Origin: a virus
Lineage: Duplodnaviria > Heunggongvirae > Uroviricota > Caudoviricetes
Reading direction: 5' to 3' (one strand)
DNA length: 64,000 nt
IMG/VR virus record: IMGVR_UViG_3300033069_001204
Coordinates: 1-64,000 of that record
The position numbers were made by a program, and so were the translations under genes. This document shows, piece by piece, positions 9,150 to 17,975 of this stretch; the first letter of the stretch is position 1; the number at the start of each line of letters is the position of its first letter. The notes beneath the pieces are model-generated. The model worked only from the letters and a program-made list of their open reading frames with translations. It ran no database searches and was not told where the DNA came from.

Positions 9150-9731
9150 TTATTGTCTAATGAGTTTGAAGTCAGGCAGACGATCATGCTCTGTTAGGAT
9201 GGCATCTATCCTGGAGGTGTCCCACTTATGCTTCTTCATCCAGAGATATGCCTGGGTCGCCGCCCTCTGCATGCTTTCCCAGCCATCAATGTCGCAGTCA
9301 TGAACCAGCATTTGATGATAGGCGGCCTCTGCTAGCCACGGCAGCCACGACATAGCCTCAAGGTATTTCATCCGGTCTGAGTCGTAGGTCAGTGGAGATG
9401 GGCATGCCAGCCCTTTCTCTTTTCCCCATGCCGCGTCAAAGTCTTGAAGAGCTTCGATGACCGTCGGTCCAGACCCATATACTCCTTCCTGTATATTCTC
9501 CCCGAATAGAACGCCCCACTGATCCCCTTCCCGGTAGATCTTCAATGTCGGAGTGTCGTCTTTTGTTTTCATGGACTTCATCAGGCTGGCTGCCGAATCC
9601 TCCACCTCCAGGATCTTGCCATCCTTGGATCGAATGGTGGTAGGCGTTCTGTAGGTGCATTCGCTTATGCTAAGGATTTCGCTCTCCGCCACATGGACCT
9701 TGGATCCGCCTTTCATAGTCACAGCAATCAT
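9150..9731 (-). CDS. hypothetical protein
   Basis: 193-aa ORF in the co-directional operon. Confidence 0.5.
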   Translation of the reverse strand: MIAVTMKGGSKVHVAESEILSISECTYRTPTTIRSKDGKILEVEDSAASLMKSMKTKDDTPTLKIYREGDQWGVLFGENIQEGVYGSGPTVIEALQDFDAAWGKEKGLACPSPLTYDSDRMKYLEAMSWLPWLAEAAYHQMLVHDCDIDGWESMQRAATQAYLWMKKHKWDTSRIDAILTEHDRLPDFKLIRQ

Positions 9732-10066
9732 TTCTTCACCTCCGACTGATATTGGTCTCTTATGGTCACCACCTCGCTTTTGGTGGTGGAGAGCTCATCC
9801 AACGCCTCCGGGATGTGTTTCAGGGATTCCTCCTTCAAGGACTTGATGGCCATTGCCAGGATTGTGGGGAGATTGCTCTGCATGATTTCCATAAAAGTCT
9901 CTATTGGAAAGGAGGTCCCAAAGACGTCACCCTCTTTTCGAAATATCACGTGATTGAATCGCTCATTGATTTCTAGGACGACGCCCTGACATCCCTGCAG
10001 TTCAACAAGACGCTCAATGAGCTCGACCTGTCTTGTCACTCTTCTGACTTCCACCATATCCTTCAT
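9728..10066 (-). CDS. hypothetical protein
   Basis: 112-aa ORF; start and stop overlap the neighbours. Confidence 0.5.
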   Translation of the reverse strand: MKDMVEVRRVTRQVELIERLVELQGCQGVVLEINERFNHVIFRKEGDVFGTSFPIETFMEIMQSNLPTILAMAIKSLKEESLKHIPEALDELSTTKSEVVTIRDQYQSEVKK

Positions 10067-10078
10067 TTCTCTTCCTCC

Positions 10079-10438
10079 TTATAAGGTCTCCACTTCACGT
10101 CGTAGTTCGCTGATGCGGTCGGAGCATGTCTTTCGAATGCCCACCAGAAAGTCGGAAAGCTCAGATCCTGAGACCTTCCCGAAATCCACCAAAGGATGGT
10201 TCTTACTATTGAGGATCATTATCTTTGCCGAGAAGTTAGCCTCCATGGTTTTCCGATCTCCAATTGGATTTGGCTTCTTCGGCCCAATTCGCTCCATATC
10301 GCCTTCCTGATCCTCCTCCCAATCAGAAAGGGAATTGGCCATGTGATCCTCAGCTTTATCCAGCCATGCGAGCTTCTTCTCCAGAGATTCAATGATGGCT
10401 TGGATCTTCGAAGCCCTTGCTAGATTCTTTGCGTCCAT
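10079..10438 (-). CDS. hypothetical protein
   Basis: 119-aa ORF. Confidence 0.5.
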   Translation of the reverse strand: MDAKNLARASKIQAIIESLEKKLAWLDKAEDHMANSLSDWEEDQEGDMERIGPKKPNPIGDRKTMEANFSAKIMILNSKNHPLVDFGKVSGSELSDFLVGIRKTCSDRISELRREVETL

Positions 10439-10439
10439 A

Positions 10440-10901
10440 TCATTCTCCTATTTTGGAATTCTTCAAGACATGCTTGGCAATTTCTGCAAGCCTATCATCG
10501 GTGACAATGACGCTGCCCGTGTGCATATACCCATTGGGCATAGGAGCGCCAGCAAAATATACAATGATGCCATCACTGCATCGGACGATCTCCTCTATCT
10601 CGAAAGAGTTGCCCCGGTAATCCTTGACACGTCTTTCCAGCTCCGTCTCATCTGGCTCGGCTATTGGGGGCGTTATGGCTACCTGCTGCTCTAAGACGAG
10701 CAGGACGTCGTTTGCCCATTTGATGGCGGCTGCCTGAGCTAGGTGGGAGCTCCGCTCGGTCTCCATGCAGGTCTTCAGGGTTTTCACTCTGGACCTGATA
10801 TCAAAACCAAGCTTTATAGGGATGAAGCAGTAGAACTTCTCCGCATTCTTTTTCATCACAGCATCGCATATATTTTCGTGGTAGCATCCGCTGCAATACA
10901 T
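10440..10901 (-). CDS. hypothetical protein
   Basis: 153-aa ORF. Confidence 0.5.
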   Translation of the reverse strand: MYCSGCYHENICDAVMKKNAEKFYCFIPIKLGFDIRSRVKTLKTCMETERSSHLAQAAAIKWANDVLLVLEQQVAITPPIAEPDETELERRVKDYRGNSFEIEEIVRCSDGIIVYFAGAPMPNGYMHTGSVIVTDDRLAEIAKHVLKNSKIGE

Positions 10902-10902
10902 A

Positions 10903-11157
10903 TCATGCCTCCTTTTTCTGGACTGATTTGATGTCGAGCATGCTTAACGTCCTGAGCAGGTGGAGGCCTATGCTGCCATACCTCTTCAGGACTTCGGACT
11001 CCAGGCATTCCACAGAGCAGTCCAGGAAGACCAGGAACCTCTCCAAGTGAAAGCCATTCGCCACTGAGAAGTCATCGAGATTCGCTTTGAAGGTCTGCTG
11101 GAATGCGTCCTTGTGCAGCCTGGCCCTTCTACGATACTCCATCATCACTCTGTCCAT
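10903..11157 (-). CDS. hypothetical protein
   Basis: 84-aa ORF. Confidence 0.4.
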   Translation of the reverse strand: MDRVMMEYRRRARLHKDAFQQTFKANLDDFSVANGFHLERFLVFLDCSVECLESEVLKRYGSIGLHLLRTLSMLDIKSVQKKEA

Positions 11158-12068
11158 TTGCCCCTCTTATTGTTTGAGATTGTGGGTTTCCTGAATCCAA
11201 GTTCGCGCATCATCCCCCTGGCCACATCATCCGACATGCTGCCGGAATCCTTGACGCCGAACTGCGATGGCAGAATCAATTCTGTCTTTCCAGGGAATCC
11301 GGAAAGCATCTCGGCAAGGGACCATGCCCGCATCTGCGCGCTCTCCTCATTATCGAATAGAATATATCTACGTTCCAACCTGGCCAACCGGCCAACCTGC
11401 TTTGGGGTCACCTCGGTCCCGCATGAACACACGCTGCCATATCCAAGACGCCAGACATCCGCCGGACCTTCCACCACGACAGCCATGTCATCTTTAAGGA
11501 AGTCCTCGCCATACAGGCAGTCCTTGATTGGAATGCCGCCTTCGATGTCCGGAGACGATGAGACATAGCGGCGCTCATGGCCGTCCATGCAGAGCCTCGA
11601 CTGGAATGCCACCACCTTGCCCATCCTGGTGACCGGGATGAATATTCCCATCTTGTGGCGGCCAATGTTTGTGAAGGCTTCCAGATTCCAAAAAGCGACA
11701 AGGCTGTCGGAGGAATAGCCCCGGCTCTCCAAATAGTCGCGATGCATCCTCTTCAAAGGGGTCCTCTTTGGAATACGTAGGGGCTTGTATGCCCGGGATT
11801 CCGCCGAACCCTCCCTGGATATGGAAGACGGCCTGAACCGCTTCAACAACTCCACGGCCTGCGAAGGGGACAGCCCTCCCAATTCCAGAAGGACCGAATA
11901 CAGCGAATGGCTGCCGCATCTCCAGCAGGTGCAGACCCCGCTGGTCATATTGATGCCAAGGTGGTCCGACCGGTCATCGCAGAATGGGCAGCGCATATTG
12001 CTCCACCCATTTCTTGGAGCCGGCAATCTCAGGCCGCTCTCTGTGAATATTTCCAATACCCACGCCAT
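11145..12068 (-). CDS. DnaG-like DNA primase (CHC2 zinc finger + TOPRIM)
   Basis: 307 aa. CPFCDD...CWRCG zinc-binding motif. VVVEGPADVW fits the TOPRIM E-G-x-x-D motif; DxD acidic residues follow. Confidence 0.7.
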   Translation of the reverse strand: MAWVLEIFTESGLRLPAPRNGWSNMRCPFCDDRSDHLGINMTSGVCTCWRCGSHSLYSVLLELGGLSPSQAVELLKRFRPSSISREGSAESRAYKPLRIPKRTPLKRMHRDYLESRGYSSDSLVAFWNLEAFTNIGRHKMGIFIPVTRMGKVVAFQSRLCMDGHERRYVSSSPDIEGGIPIKDCLYGEDFLKDDMAVVVEGPADVWRLGYGSVCSCGTEVTPKQVGRLARLERRYILFDNEESAQMRAWSLAEMLSGFPGKTELILPSQFGVKDSGSMSDDVARGMMRELGFRKPTISNNKRGKWTE

Positions 12069-12075
12069 GGCAACC

Positions 12076-13698
12076 TCACAGGCTCGTTAGAATGTCATAG
12101 AGCAGATCGTCGTCGGGGACCTCCTCGCCATTCAGGATGCCGGAGATCGTAAGCCTTCTGCTGTCCATCTTCTGAAGGATGACCTCATCTATGGTATCCT
12201 TGGCGGCGAGCCACCACACGTTCACAGACTCGGCCTGGCCTATGCGGTGGCATCTATCCGTGGCCTGGGCATGTATTCCAGGAGAGGATAAGATTTCAAT
12301 CTTCGCCACATTGGATGCGACTTGGAGATTCAGGCCTTCCCCTTCGCTAATCAGATTTCCAACGAAGAGACGGATGCCTTCCTCATTGGTGAAGCGGTCG
12401 GCGCAGGCCTGCTTGCTTCCCATTACGAGCGGGCATACTGAGAAGTCCTTGAATCTTTCATGGAGACTCTTCACGACATTGCGGTGCCAGCCGAATGCCA
12501 CGAGCTTTGAGCATCCTCCTTCGATGAAGTCCTCCACCCATTCGCATGCCGGTTCGAACTTGCCGCGGATCACGGCCTGCTTCAACATCTCATATCGGAC
12601 AATCGCCTCGGACTTCTTGGCCTTCACAGCCCGCTCGGCCCCCACTCGTTTCACCCAGTCAATGGTTTCGGTCCTAATGCGGTCATACTCCTGGCGATTG
12701 GTTATGTCAAGAGGAATGACCGTATTGACTTTGGGGGGAAGCTCCTGTAGGACATCCCGCTTCAAGCGGCGAAGCATAATAGACTCCGATAGCTTTTCAT
12801 GGAGCTCCCTGGTATTGCTGGAGCCGTTGAAGTCCCAGCCCCAGGGACGATGCCGGGCTTTACAATACCTCTGTGCATACTTCATCATGCTGGGGAACAT
12901 GGCGGGATCGATGAGCTGAATTTGGGAGAACAGCTCTATTGGCCGATTGGGCATTGGAGTTCCGGATAGGATGGAGAAGTGGGGGACTCTCCTCGAAATT
13001 ATCCCAGCGGCCTTTGTCCGATTGGTCTTTGAATTCTTCAGACGATGGCCCTCATCGCAGATCGCTGTCTTGAAGCCATACGAAGCGAAGTCCTCCGATG
13101 CATGGAATTTGCCATCAGTCCCTTTCACGCAGAACCAGGAAGACAGAATGTCATAGTTTATGATATAGACTGAATTCGCTTTCGGCTTCAGGCGGTATGG
13201 GGTGGTCCCTTCCAGAATTTTAGGAACGAGCCGATCGGATGTGGACAGGATTTCCCTGCGCCAGTTCTCCTTCACAGAGGCCGGGCAGATTATCATGGCT
13301 GGCAGAGTATCGGGAGTGTCATGTAGATATGCTATTGTCTGTATGCTTTTGCCGAGACCCTGTTCGTCCCCCAATAAAATACGGCCATTCCGGGCCTTGA
13401 AGAATGCCACGCCGTCCTCCTGGAATGGACGCAGGGTCTTCTTGAGATCCTTGATGGCCTTTCCTTTGATGGCCGCCTTCTTTTCAAAGGATACTCCGAT
13501 ATCCGGGATGGGGAATCCAAGCTCAAGAAGCCTGCGCAGATTGTCTTTGCTTGGATCGCACTCCCAGTTTCCGGATTCCTTATCGAAGAAGCGACCGCTC
13601 AATGCGCTGACCTTCGCGGTCAGGGCTGCGCTATAGGGAAAGCATATTCGAATCTTCCCGCTAGCCAACAGAGTAGTGCTTTTGCCTTTTGGAGACAT
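12076..13698 (-). CDS. SNF2-family helicase with an N-terminal HARP-like domain (SMARCAL1-like annealing helicase)
   Basis: 540 aa. Motif I DEQGLGKS; motif II CDEGHRLKN; helicase C-terminal motifs. The N-terminus FPYSAALTAKVSALSGRFFDKESGNWECD resembles a HARP domain. Confidence 0.75.
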   Translation of the reverse strand: MSPKGKSTTLLASGKIRICFPYSAALTAKVSALSGRFFDKESGNWECDPSKDNLRRLLELGFPIPDIGVSFEKKAAIKGKAIKDLKKTLRPFQEDGVAFFKARNGRILLGDEQGLGKSIQTIAYLHDTPDTLPAMIICPASVKENWRREILSTSDRLVPKILEGTTPYRLKPKANSVYIINYDILSSWFCVKGTDGKFHASEDFASYGFKTAICDEGHRLKNSKTNRTKAAGIISRRVPHFSILSGTPMPNRPIELFSQIQLIDPAMFPSMMKYAQRYCKARHRPWGWDFNGSSNTRELHEKLSESIMLRRLKRDVLQELPPKVNTVIPLDITNRQEYDRIRTETIDWVKRVGAERAVKAKKSEAIVRYEMLKQAVIRGKFEPACEWVEDFIEGGCSKLVAFGWHRNVVKSLHERFKDFSVCPLVMGSKQACADRFTNEEGIRLFVGNLISEGEGLNLQVASNVAKIEILSSPGIHAQATDRCHRIGQAESVNVWWLAAKDTIDEVILQKMDSRRLTISGILNGEEVPDDDLLYDILTSL

Positions 13699-13702
13699 GG
13701 GT

Positions 13703-14317
13703 TCAGCCCCCTACAAATCGGGTGATGTCCTTGAAGGCTCTGGTGCATTTCCTACAGCACCAGCCTTTTTTCATAAGCATCTTCCTGATGCATCCCCGAA
13801 TTTCCTTCTTGCTCATGCGCCCCGAGATGCCGAGGATTTCCGCAGGGGTCCCGAGCACCAGCGCGATGACCTCTCGCGTCTCATCTCCGAGCATCGCGAC
13901 GCGGTCATGGAAGTCCATTGAGATCTCATAGGGCGGCTGTCCCTCGTCCACCGCCTCCACTTCCGATCTGCGTTCCCCCTTCCATTTCCGGATATAGTCC
14001 GACATCTCTTTATTGAGCTTTAAGAATAGCAGGGTCCGGAATGATCCGGCATCCGGATTCCAACGCTTCAAGGCATCCATGAAAATTGAATTGCCTATGG
14101 AGTGGAGCTCGGATAGATCAAAAGAATAGGCACGGTGGAAATGTTCCGCCCGATTGTATATTATGCCAGCGTTCTCTGAGTAGAGTCTACAGGCGGTTGA
14201 CATGGATAAACCTCTCATAATAACACCACAGTTCAATAATGGCAGGGTCCTGCGCTTCGGCAGCCTGGTCATCATCGATGGTTGGTTGAATGCTCGTATA
14301 CGGGCCAACATTGGCAT
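13703..14317 (-). CDS. sigma-70-family RNA polymerase sigma factor (regions 2 and 4); true start probably an internal Met near 14203-14218
   Basis: IYNRAEHFHRAYSFDLSELHSIGNSIFMDALKRWNPDAGSFRTLLFLKLNKEMSDYIRKWK resembles region 2.1-2.4. C-terminal REVIALVLGTPAEILGISGRMSKKEIRGCIRK is a region-4 HTH. Confidence 0.55.
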   Translation of the reverse strand: MPMLARIRAFNQPSMMTRLPKRRTLPLLNCGVIMRGLSMSTACRLYSENAGIIYNRAEHFHRAYSFDLSELHSIGNSIFMDALKRWNPDAGSFRTLLFLKLNKEMSDYIRKWKGERRSEVEAVDEGQPPYEISMDFHDRVAMLGDETREVIALVLGTPAEILGISGRMSKKEIRGCIRKMLMKKGWCCRKCTRAFKDITRFVGG

Positions 14318-14468
14318 TTCCTATCTCGCCAGGATTCTCGGCAAATGCGGAGAGCAGGGGCCTAAAGGAAAGAAGATCTTCTGTCGCGAATTCATCAATC
14401 CGGATAGGATTATCAACTCCAAGACTCGAAGACATGCCTGCGGCAGATTCTGGAAGTTGGCATATCAA
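14187..14468 (-). CDS. hypothetical small acidic protein, upstream of the sigma gene
   Basis: 93-aa ORF whose 3' end overlaps the annotated sigma ORF in another frame. Real only if the sigma gene starts at the internal Met. Confidence 0.3.
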   Translation of the reverse strand: MICQLPESAAGMSSSLGVDNPIRIDEFATEDLLSFRPLLSAFAENPGEIGNANVGPYTSIQPTIDDDQAAEAQDPAIIELWCYYERFIHVNRL

Positions 14469-14544
14469 TGGAGGCTCCCCCTCCCAGAAGGGCTCTATGA
14501 ATACCGAGTCCCATCGAATCCAGAATCCTATCTGACACGGGGGC

Positions 14545-14814
14545 TCATGAAGGACCGCTTCTTTCTCTGGTCTTTCGACGGGAAGCTAGAGGTGATTTCG
14601 TATCTTGAAGCCTGCGTCTGGGTGTCCGGCTATGACTCTTACGCTCTGCCTTCAAACGATCCCGTCGCACGACGTCGAGTTGAATCTCGAGCAGCTCTGT
14701 GGCGAAGTCATGAATTTTCTTACCGGCAGTCTTCGCTTCATCTTTCAGGACTGAATGGACGTCGTCGCGGATGCCAACGAACTTGCCATACTTATACTTT
14801 GAATCGGCTCTCAT
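14545..14814 (-). CDS. ribbon-helix-helix-like DNA-binding protein (start at MRADSKYKYGKF; strong SD aaggaggaagg)
   Basis: KFVGIRDDVHSVLKDEAKTAGKKIHDFATELLEIQL has a beta-strand then helix-helix pattern. Basic C-terminal tail. SD at 14818-14828. Confidence 0.5.
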   Translation of the reverse strand: MRADSKYKYGKFVGIRDDVHSVLKDEAKTAGKKIHDFATELLEIQLDVVRRDRLKAERKSHSRTPRRRLQDTKSPLASRRKTRERSGPS

Positions 14815-14875
14815 TTCCTTCCTCCTATATGGGAGGGGAAGGCCCGGCAAAGGACCTTCCCCTGGCGTCGAACGA

Positions 14876-15370
14876 CTAGGCCCCCTTCACAATGAAGAGC
14901 GGGCTGCTGTTCTCGTTGATCGGCTCGCTGACGTCTCGCGCCACTCCGGTCTTCTGCTCGACCTCCTTCATGGCCTTGAGCTTGGCTTCGGCCTCTATGA
15001 CCGCGCTGCTGTAGGCCCACTTCGTCGGCTTGGTGTATTTCGACACCACCGAGCCCAGGACGATGATCGGCGCGTCCATGCCGTTCAGCAGCTTGAAGGA
15101 CGCATTGGCCTCCATGACATTCGAGGTGAATGCCGCTTCGGAGATCTTCTGGATCTTCTTCATGATGACGGCGGCCTGCAGCGGGCTCACGTCGTTTGAG
15201 CCTGTGCTCATTGCCGCAAGCATCCTCCGTATCGGCTCCCTCAGCCTATCCGCCATGCATTGAGAGTTGACCAGCCTCTCGGTTTCGGCTATGAGCATCT
15301 CCACTCCGAGGAGCTCTGCGCCATCATTCTGTTCGGTAGCCTGTCTCACTAATTTCTTCTTCGTCGCCAT
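14876..15370 (-). CDS. hypothetical protein (start adjusted to MATKKK)
   Basis: The ORF runs 14876..15436; the internal Met at 15370 has an upstream gaagggag SD. Confidence 0.45.
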   Translation of the reverse strand: MATKKKLVRQATEQNDGAELLGVEMLIAETERLVNSQCMADRLREPIRRMLAAMSTGSNDVSPLQAAVIMKKIQKISEAAFTSNVMEANASFKLLNGMDAPIIVLGSVVSKYTKPTKWAYSSAVIEAEAKLKAMKEVEQKTGVARDVSEPINENSSPLFIVKGA

Positions 15371-15383
15371 TTCGTCACTCCCT

Positions 15384-15677
15384 TCAGCCCCGTTCCAGGG
15401 CCTTGTTGTATTTTCGAACTGCTGCGTGGACCACAAGCATCGGGATCTCCGGATACGTGTGCCACATGAATCGTATCAAGGCCTCTTCGTCATACTTAGG
15501 ATTGGCTTTTCTGGCATCATCGATCCGCTTTCCAAGCACTTCCTTATCGGTCGCCTGCTCTTCCAGCTCCATGCGATGTATTTCCAAATCGACCAAAGTC
15601 ACCACCGGCTTCCTAATCCCCGGAGCGCTGATGGTTCCGTTCCCAAGAATGACTGGAGCGCCTTTTAGATCCTTCAT
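15384..15677 (-). CDS. hypothetical protein (start MKDLKG, SD ggagggag). The upstream region carries TATAAT and the ttttcggaaaatt motif
   Basis: ORF 15384..15698; Met8 at 15677 has a well-spaced SD. Confidence 0.45.
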   Translation of the reverse strand: MKDLKGAPVILGNGTISAPGIRKPVVTLVDLEIHRMELEEQATDKEVLGKRIDDARKANPKYDEEALIRFMWHTYPEIPMLVVHAAVRKYNKALERG

Positions 15678-15730
15678 AATGAATCTCCCTCCATTCAATT
15701 ATATTTCATTTTCGGAAAATTCCACCTCCT

Positions 15731-16180
15731 TTAAATGGATTTTCTTAAAATTTTTCCAGGCCAGACGTATTCCAAATCTGGAGGCTCCACCCAACCATAG
15801 CGACTATAGAACGCCGGATCTTTACGAAGAAGATTTGAGCGGTAGCTGGCATGGTATTCAGCATTCCCAAGCCATGACGGCGTGTCGATACGCATTCCAC
15901 GATCCAGCAAAGCATCCTGCTTATCCATGAAAAAGTCCAAGAGAGAATCACGAAATCCCCGCAACCTCCACTCAGCGCATATCCAGATGGCGTATTCGCA
16001 TAGGCTGGCCTCGTATCCTTTCCATTGGAGGACGGCGGGATGGCTCGACCACCCTCTCCGTCCTTCAGATAGAAGCGCTTGAAGGATCTGCTTGCACTCC
16101 ACTCTTTGCTTTCCCAGCCTCTTGTAGTCTAGGCATCTCGCAGTCAGAGCGAAGCATGCATACGGCATGAACGTCTGCAT
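15731..16180 (-). CDS. putative pyrimidine-dimer DNA glycosylase (Pyr_excise / T4 endonuclease V superfamily-like)
   Basis: 149 aa. N-terminal MQTFMPYACFALTARCLDYKRLGKQRVECKQILQAL...HPAVLQW resembles the bacterial MRLWSLHPKYLDxKGLVALWREALLAQ...HPQL family pattern. Recalled from memory, not searched. Confidence 0.4.
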   Translation of the reverse strand: MQTFMPYACFALTARCLDYKRLGKQRVECKQILQALLSEGRRGWSSHPAVLQWKGYEASLCEYAIWICAEWRLRGFRDSLLDFFMDKQDALLDRGMRIDTPSWLGNAEYHASYRSNLLRKDPAFYSRYGWVEPPDLEYVWPGKILRKSI

Positions 16181-17496
16181 TAGACCTCCCTTTGTTTTCC
16201 ATGGACCGCCCTTACAGTGGGGAACCGCAGGCTGATTTTCCCATCGGCATCCGTCGACTCCTCAAAGTAGGAGACGGTGATTGTCTTGCCAATGATCTCC
16301 TTTGGATTCTTCCTATACCTGAGCCTTTGCTGATCGGTCCAGCCGGAACCCACGCCCACCAAGTTGCCCTTGTGTCGTATCTCCGCCCTGGCCATGACCT
16401 CCTGCTCTTCCATAAGCTCGGTGTTGGGGTCCATGATGTGCTTGGTCCCAAGCTGAATGCCTTCCACGACATACTCAGCCTCATGAAACTTCTTGACCTT
16501 GAGCATGTCCTTGCTCCGCTTCCCGACGTATGGGACATCCCTGCGGAGGATGAGGCCTTCCCACCCATTGACTTCGCTCTCCTTGAGCAAGGCGGCATAG
16601 GATTCCTCAGTCACAGGAGTCTGCTCAAGGACTTCAATGCATCCAGATGGATCGACGATATCCTTCAGATTTTCCAGCCTTTTGGAAAGCGGACGTCGAT
16701 CGCTCCCACGCCCTGCCATGAATTCCTTCATGGTCAGAATATCAAAGACCTTGTATCTGGGATGGGCGATGATGAAGTTGTTCCTCCGGATCTGGGACAC
16801 TGCCTCTCTGAAGTCCTCCTTCCCATCCCGCATGATGCACATCTCACCATCAAGGACGTAGCCGGATAGGTCGACCGGCAGCGCATCGATTGATGCCTTC
16901 AGGACCTTCAAGCTTTTGAACTCCTGGCCTTTTCTCGACATGAATCTGACTTTGTCATCTATCAGGGCCAAGACCCTGACGCCGTCCAGCTTCCTGCTGG
17001 CGAACCAGGAGCCATCGAAGATATTGACGTTAGGGCAGTCGTTGAGAGATTCAGCAAGAGCCACATCGAATGTGGGAATGAGCCCTGGGAATACCTTGTT
17101 GATGATCTTCACATCGATGCGACACTTCAGGTCGCGGTCGATGATATTCCAGAACACGTCTTGGATCTTCGGGGGAAGGCTCTCAGCGAAGCGGCGGCAA
17201 TGGGCTCTCGCAATGTCCCCGGTGATCTCCCTAGTCCTCAGATGCTCGAGCAGTTGAACCAGGCTGTGCATCTCATCGTCAGCAATGTCCTTCCACATGT
17301 CGCCTTTTGCGCAGGAGGCCGATGTGACTCCGTATTGATAGAAGCTGTTGTAGGCATAGAATAGCAAAGCCTTGCAATCAGTATGCCTCCTCAAGATGGC
17401 TTCTTTCTCGGTTCTTGAGTTTGTGCCTCGGAGACTCGACACTAGAACATAGAGCTCGTTCAGTTCCTTCACAGAAATCACCTCGCATTGTCGCAT
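16180..17496 (-). CDS. ATP-dependent DNA ligase
   Basis: 438 aa. Motif I KLDGVR (SRKLDGVRVLALI) plus nucleotidyltransferase and OB-fold motifs. The N-terminus parallels the T4 ligase N-terminus. Confidence 0.9.
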   Translation of the reverse strand: MRQCEVISVKELNELYVLVSSLRGTNSRTEKEAILRRHTDCKALLFYAYNSFYQYGVTSASCAKGDMWKDIADDEMHSLVQLLEHLRTREITGDIARAHCRRFAESLPPKIQDVFWNIIDRDLKCRIDVKIINKVFPGLIPTFDVALAESLNDCPNVNIFDGSWFASRKLDGVRVLALIDDKVRFMSRKGQEFKSLKVLKASIDALPVDLSGYVLDGEMCIMRDGKEDFREAVSQIRRNNFIIAHPRYKVFDILTMKEFMAGRGSDRRPLSKRLENLKDIVDPSGCIEVLEQTPVTEESYAALLKESEVNGWEGLILRRDVPYVGKRSKDMLKVKKFHEAEYVVEGIQLGTKHIMDPNTELMEEQEVMARAEIRHKGNLVGVGSGWTDQQRLRYRKNPKEIIGKTITVSYFEESTDADGKISLRFPTVRAVHGKQREV

Positions 17497-17902
17497 TGGT
17501 CCATAGTATTCGTTCCGGAATCATCCAAGGGACCATCACGGATGATACCGGGCTTCTAAGCGTCCTGACGCTTTTAGGCGGGTCTTTGATGGTGGACAGA
17601 AGGCCGGCAATATCCACCTCCGCTATGCCCAATGGAAGCAGCGGCAATCTTGCCGGACACTTCTTGATAGGGCCATGACTGCATTCCAGAATGGAGGAGC
17701 TTGTCATGCGGTTGGCATAGGCCAGAGCCGCTTCCAAGTCCATAAAGCCGAATAGCGGGGACCCATCCAGTCCATAGACTTTCTTTCCAATCTCATATCG
17801 GACGCACATCGGATTGATTGTCTTCTCGCACCAAATGAATCTCGATACATGTCTGGAATACATTCCGCCCATTCCGCAATCAAGCACGACCTTTAGGATC
17901 AT
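17378..17902 (-). CDS. hypothetical protein; 3' ~118 nt overlap the ligase start
   Basis: 174-aa ORF. The N-terminal two-thirds look protein-like; the C-terminal tail in the overlap is low quality, so there may be a frameshift or the true stop lies earlier. Confidence 0.4.
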   Translation of the reverse strand: MILKVVLDCGMGGMYSRHVSRFIWCEKTINPMCVRYEIGKKVYGLDGSPLFGFMDLEAALAYANRMTSSSILECSHGPIKKCPARLPLLPLGIAEVDIAGLLSTIKDPPKSVRTLRSPVSSVMVPWMIPERILWTNATMRGDFCEGTERALCSSVESPRHKLKNRERSHLEEAY

Positions 17903-17975
17903 CTGACCACTCCATGATCATTAGCAATATGAGCGCTAGAATGATCACTCCTGGCATTATAGTATTCATGGCGGA

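Noticed and set aside
14202-14879. 225-aa plus-strand ORF spanning the sigma-RHH intergenic region
   Set aside because: The translation looks non-protein-like (Arg/Ser/Leu-rich). It lies antisense to the RHH gene, which has a strong SD, and to the sigma start region. No RBS.
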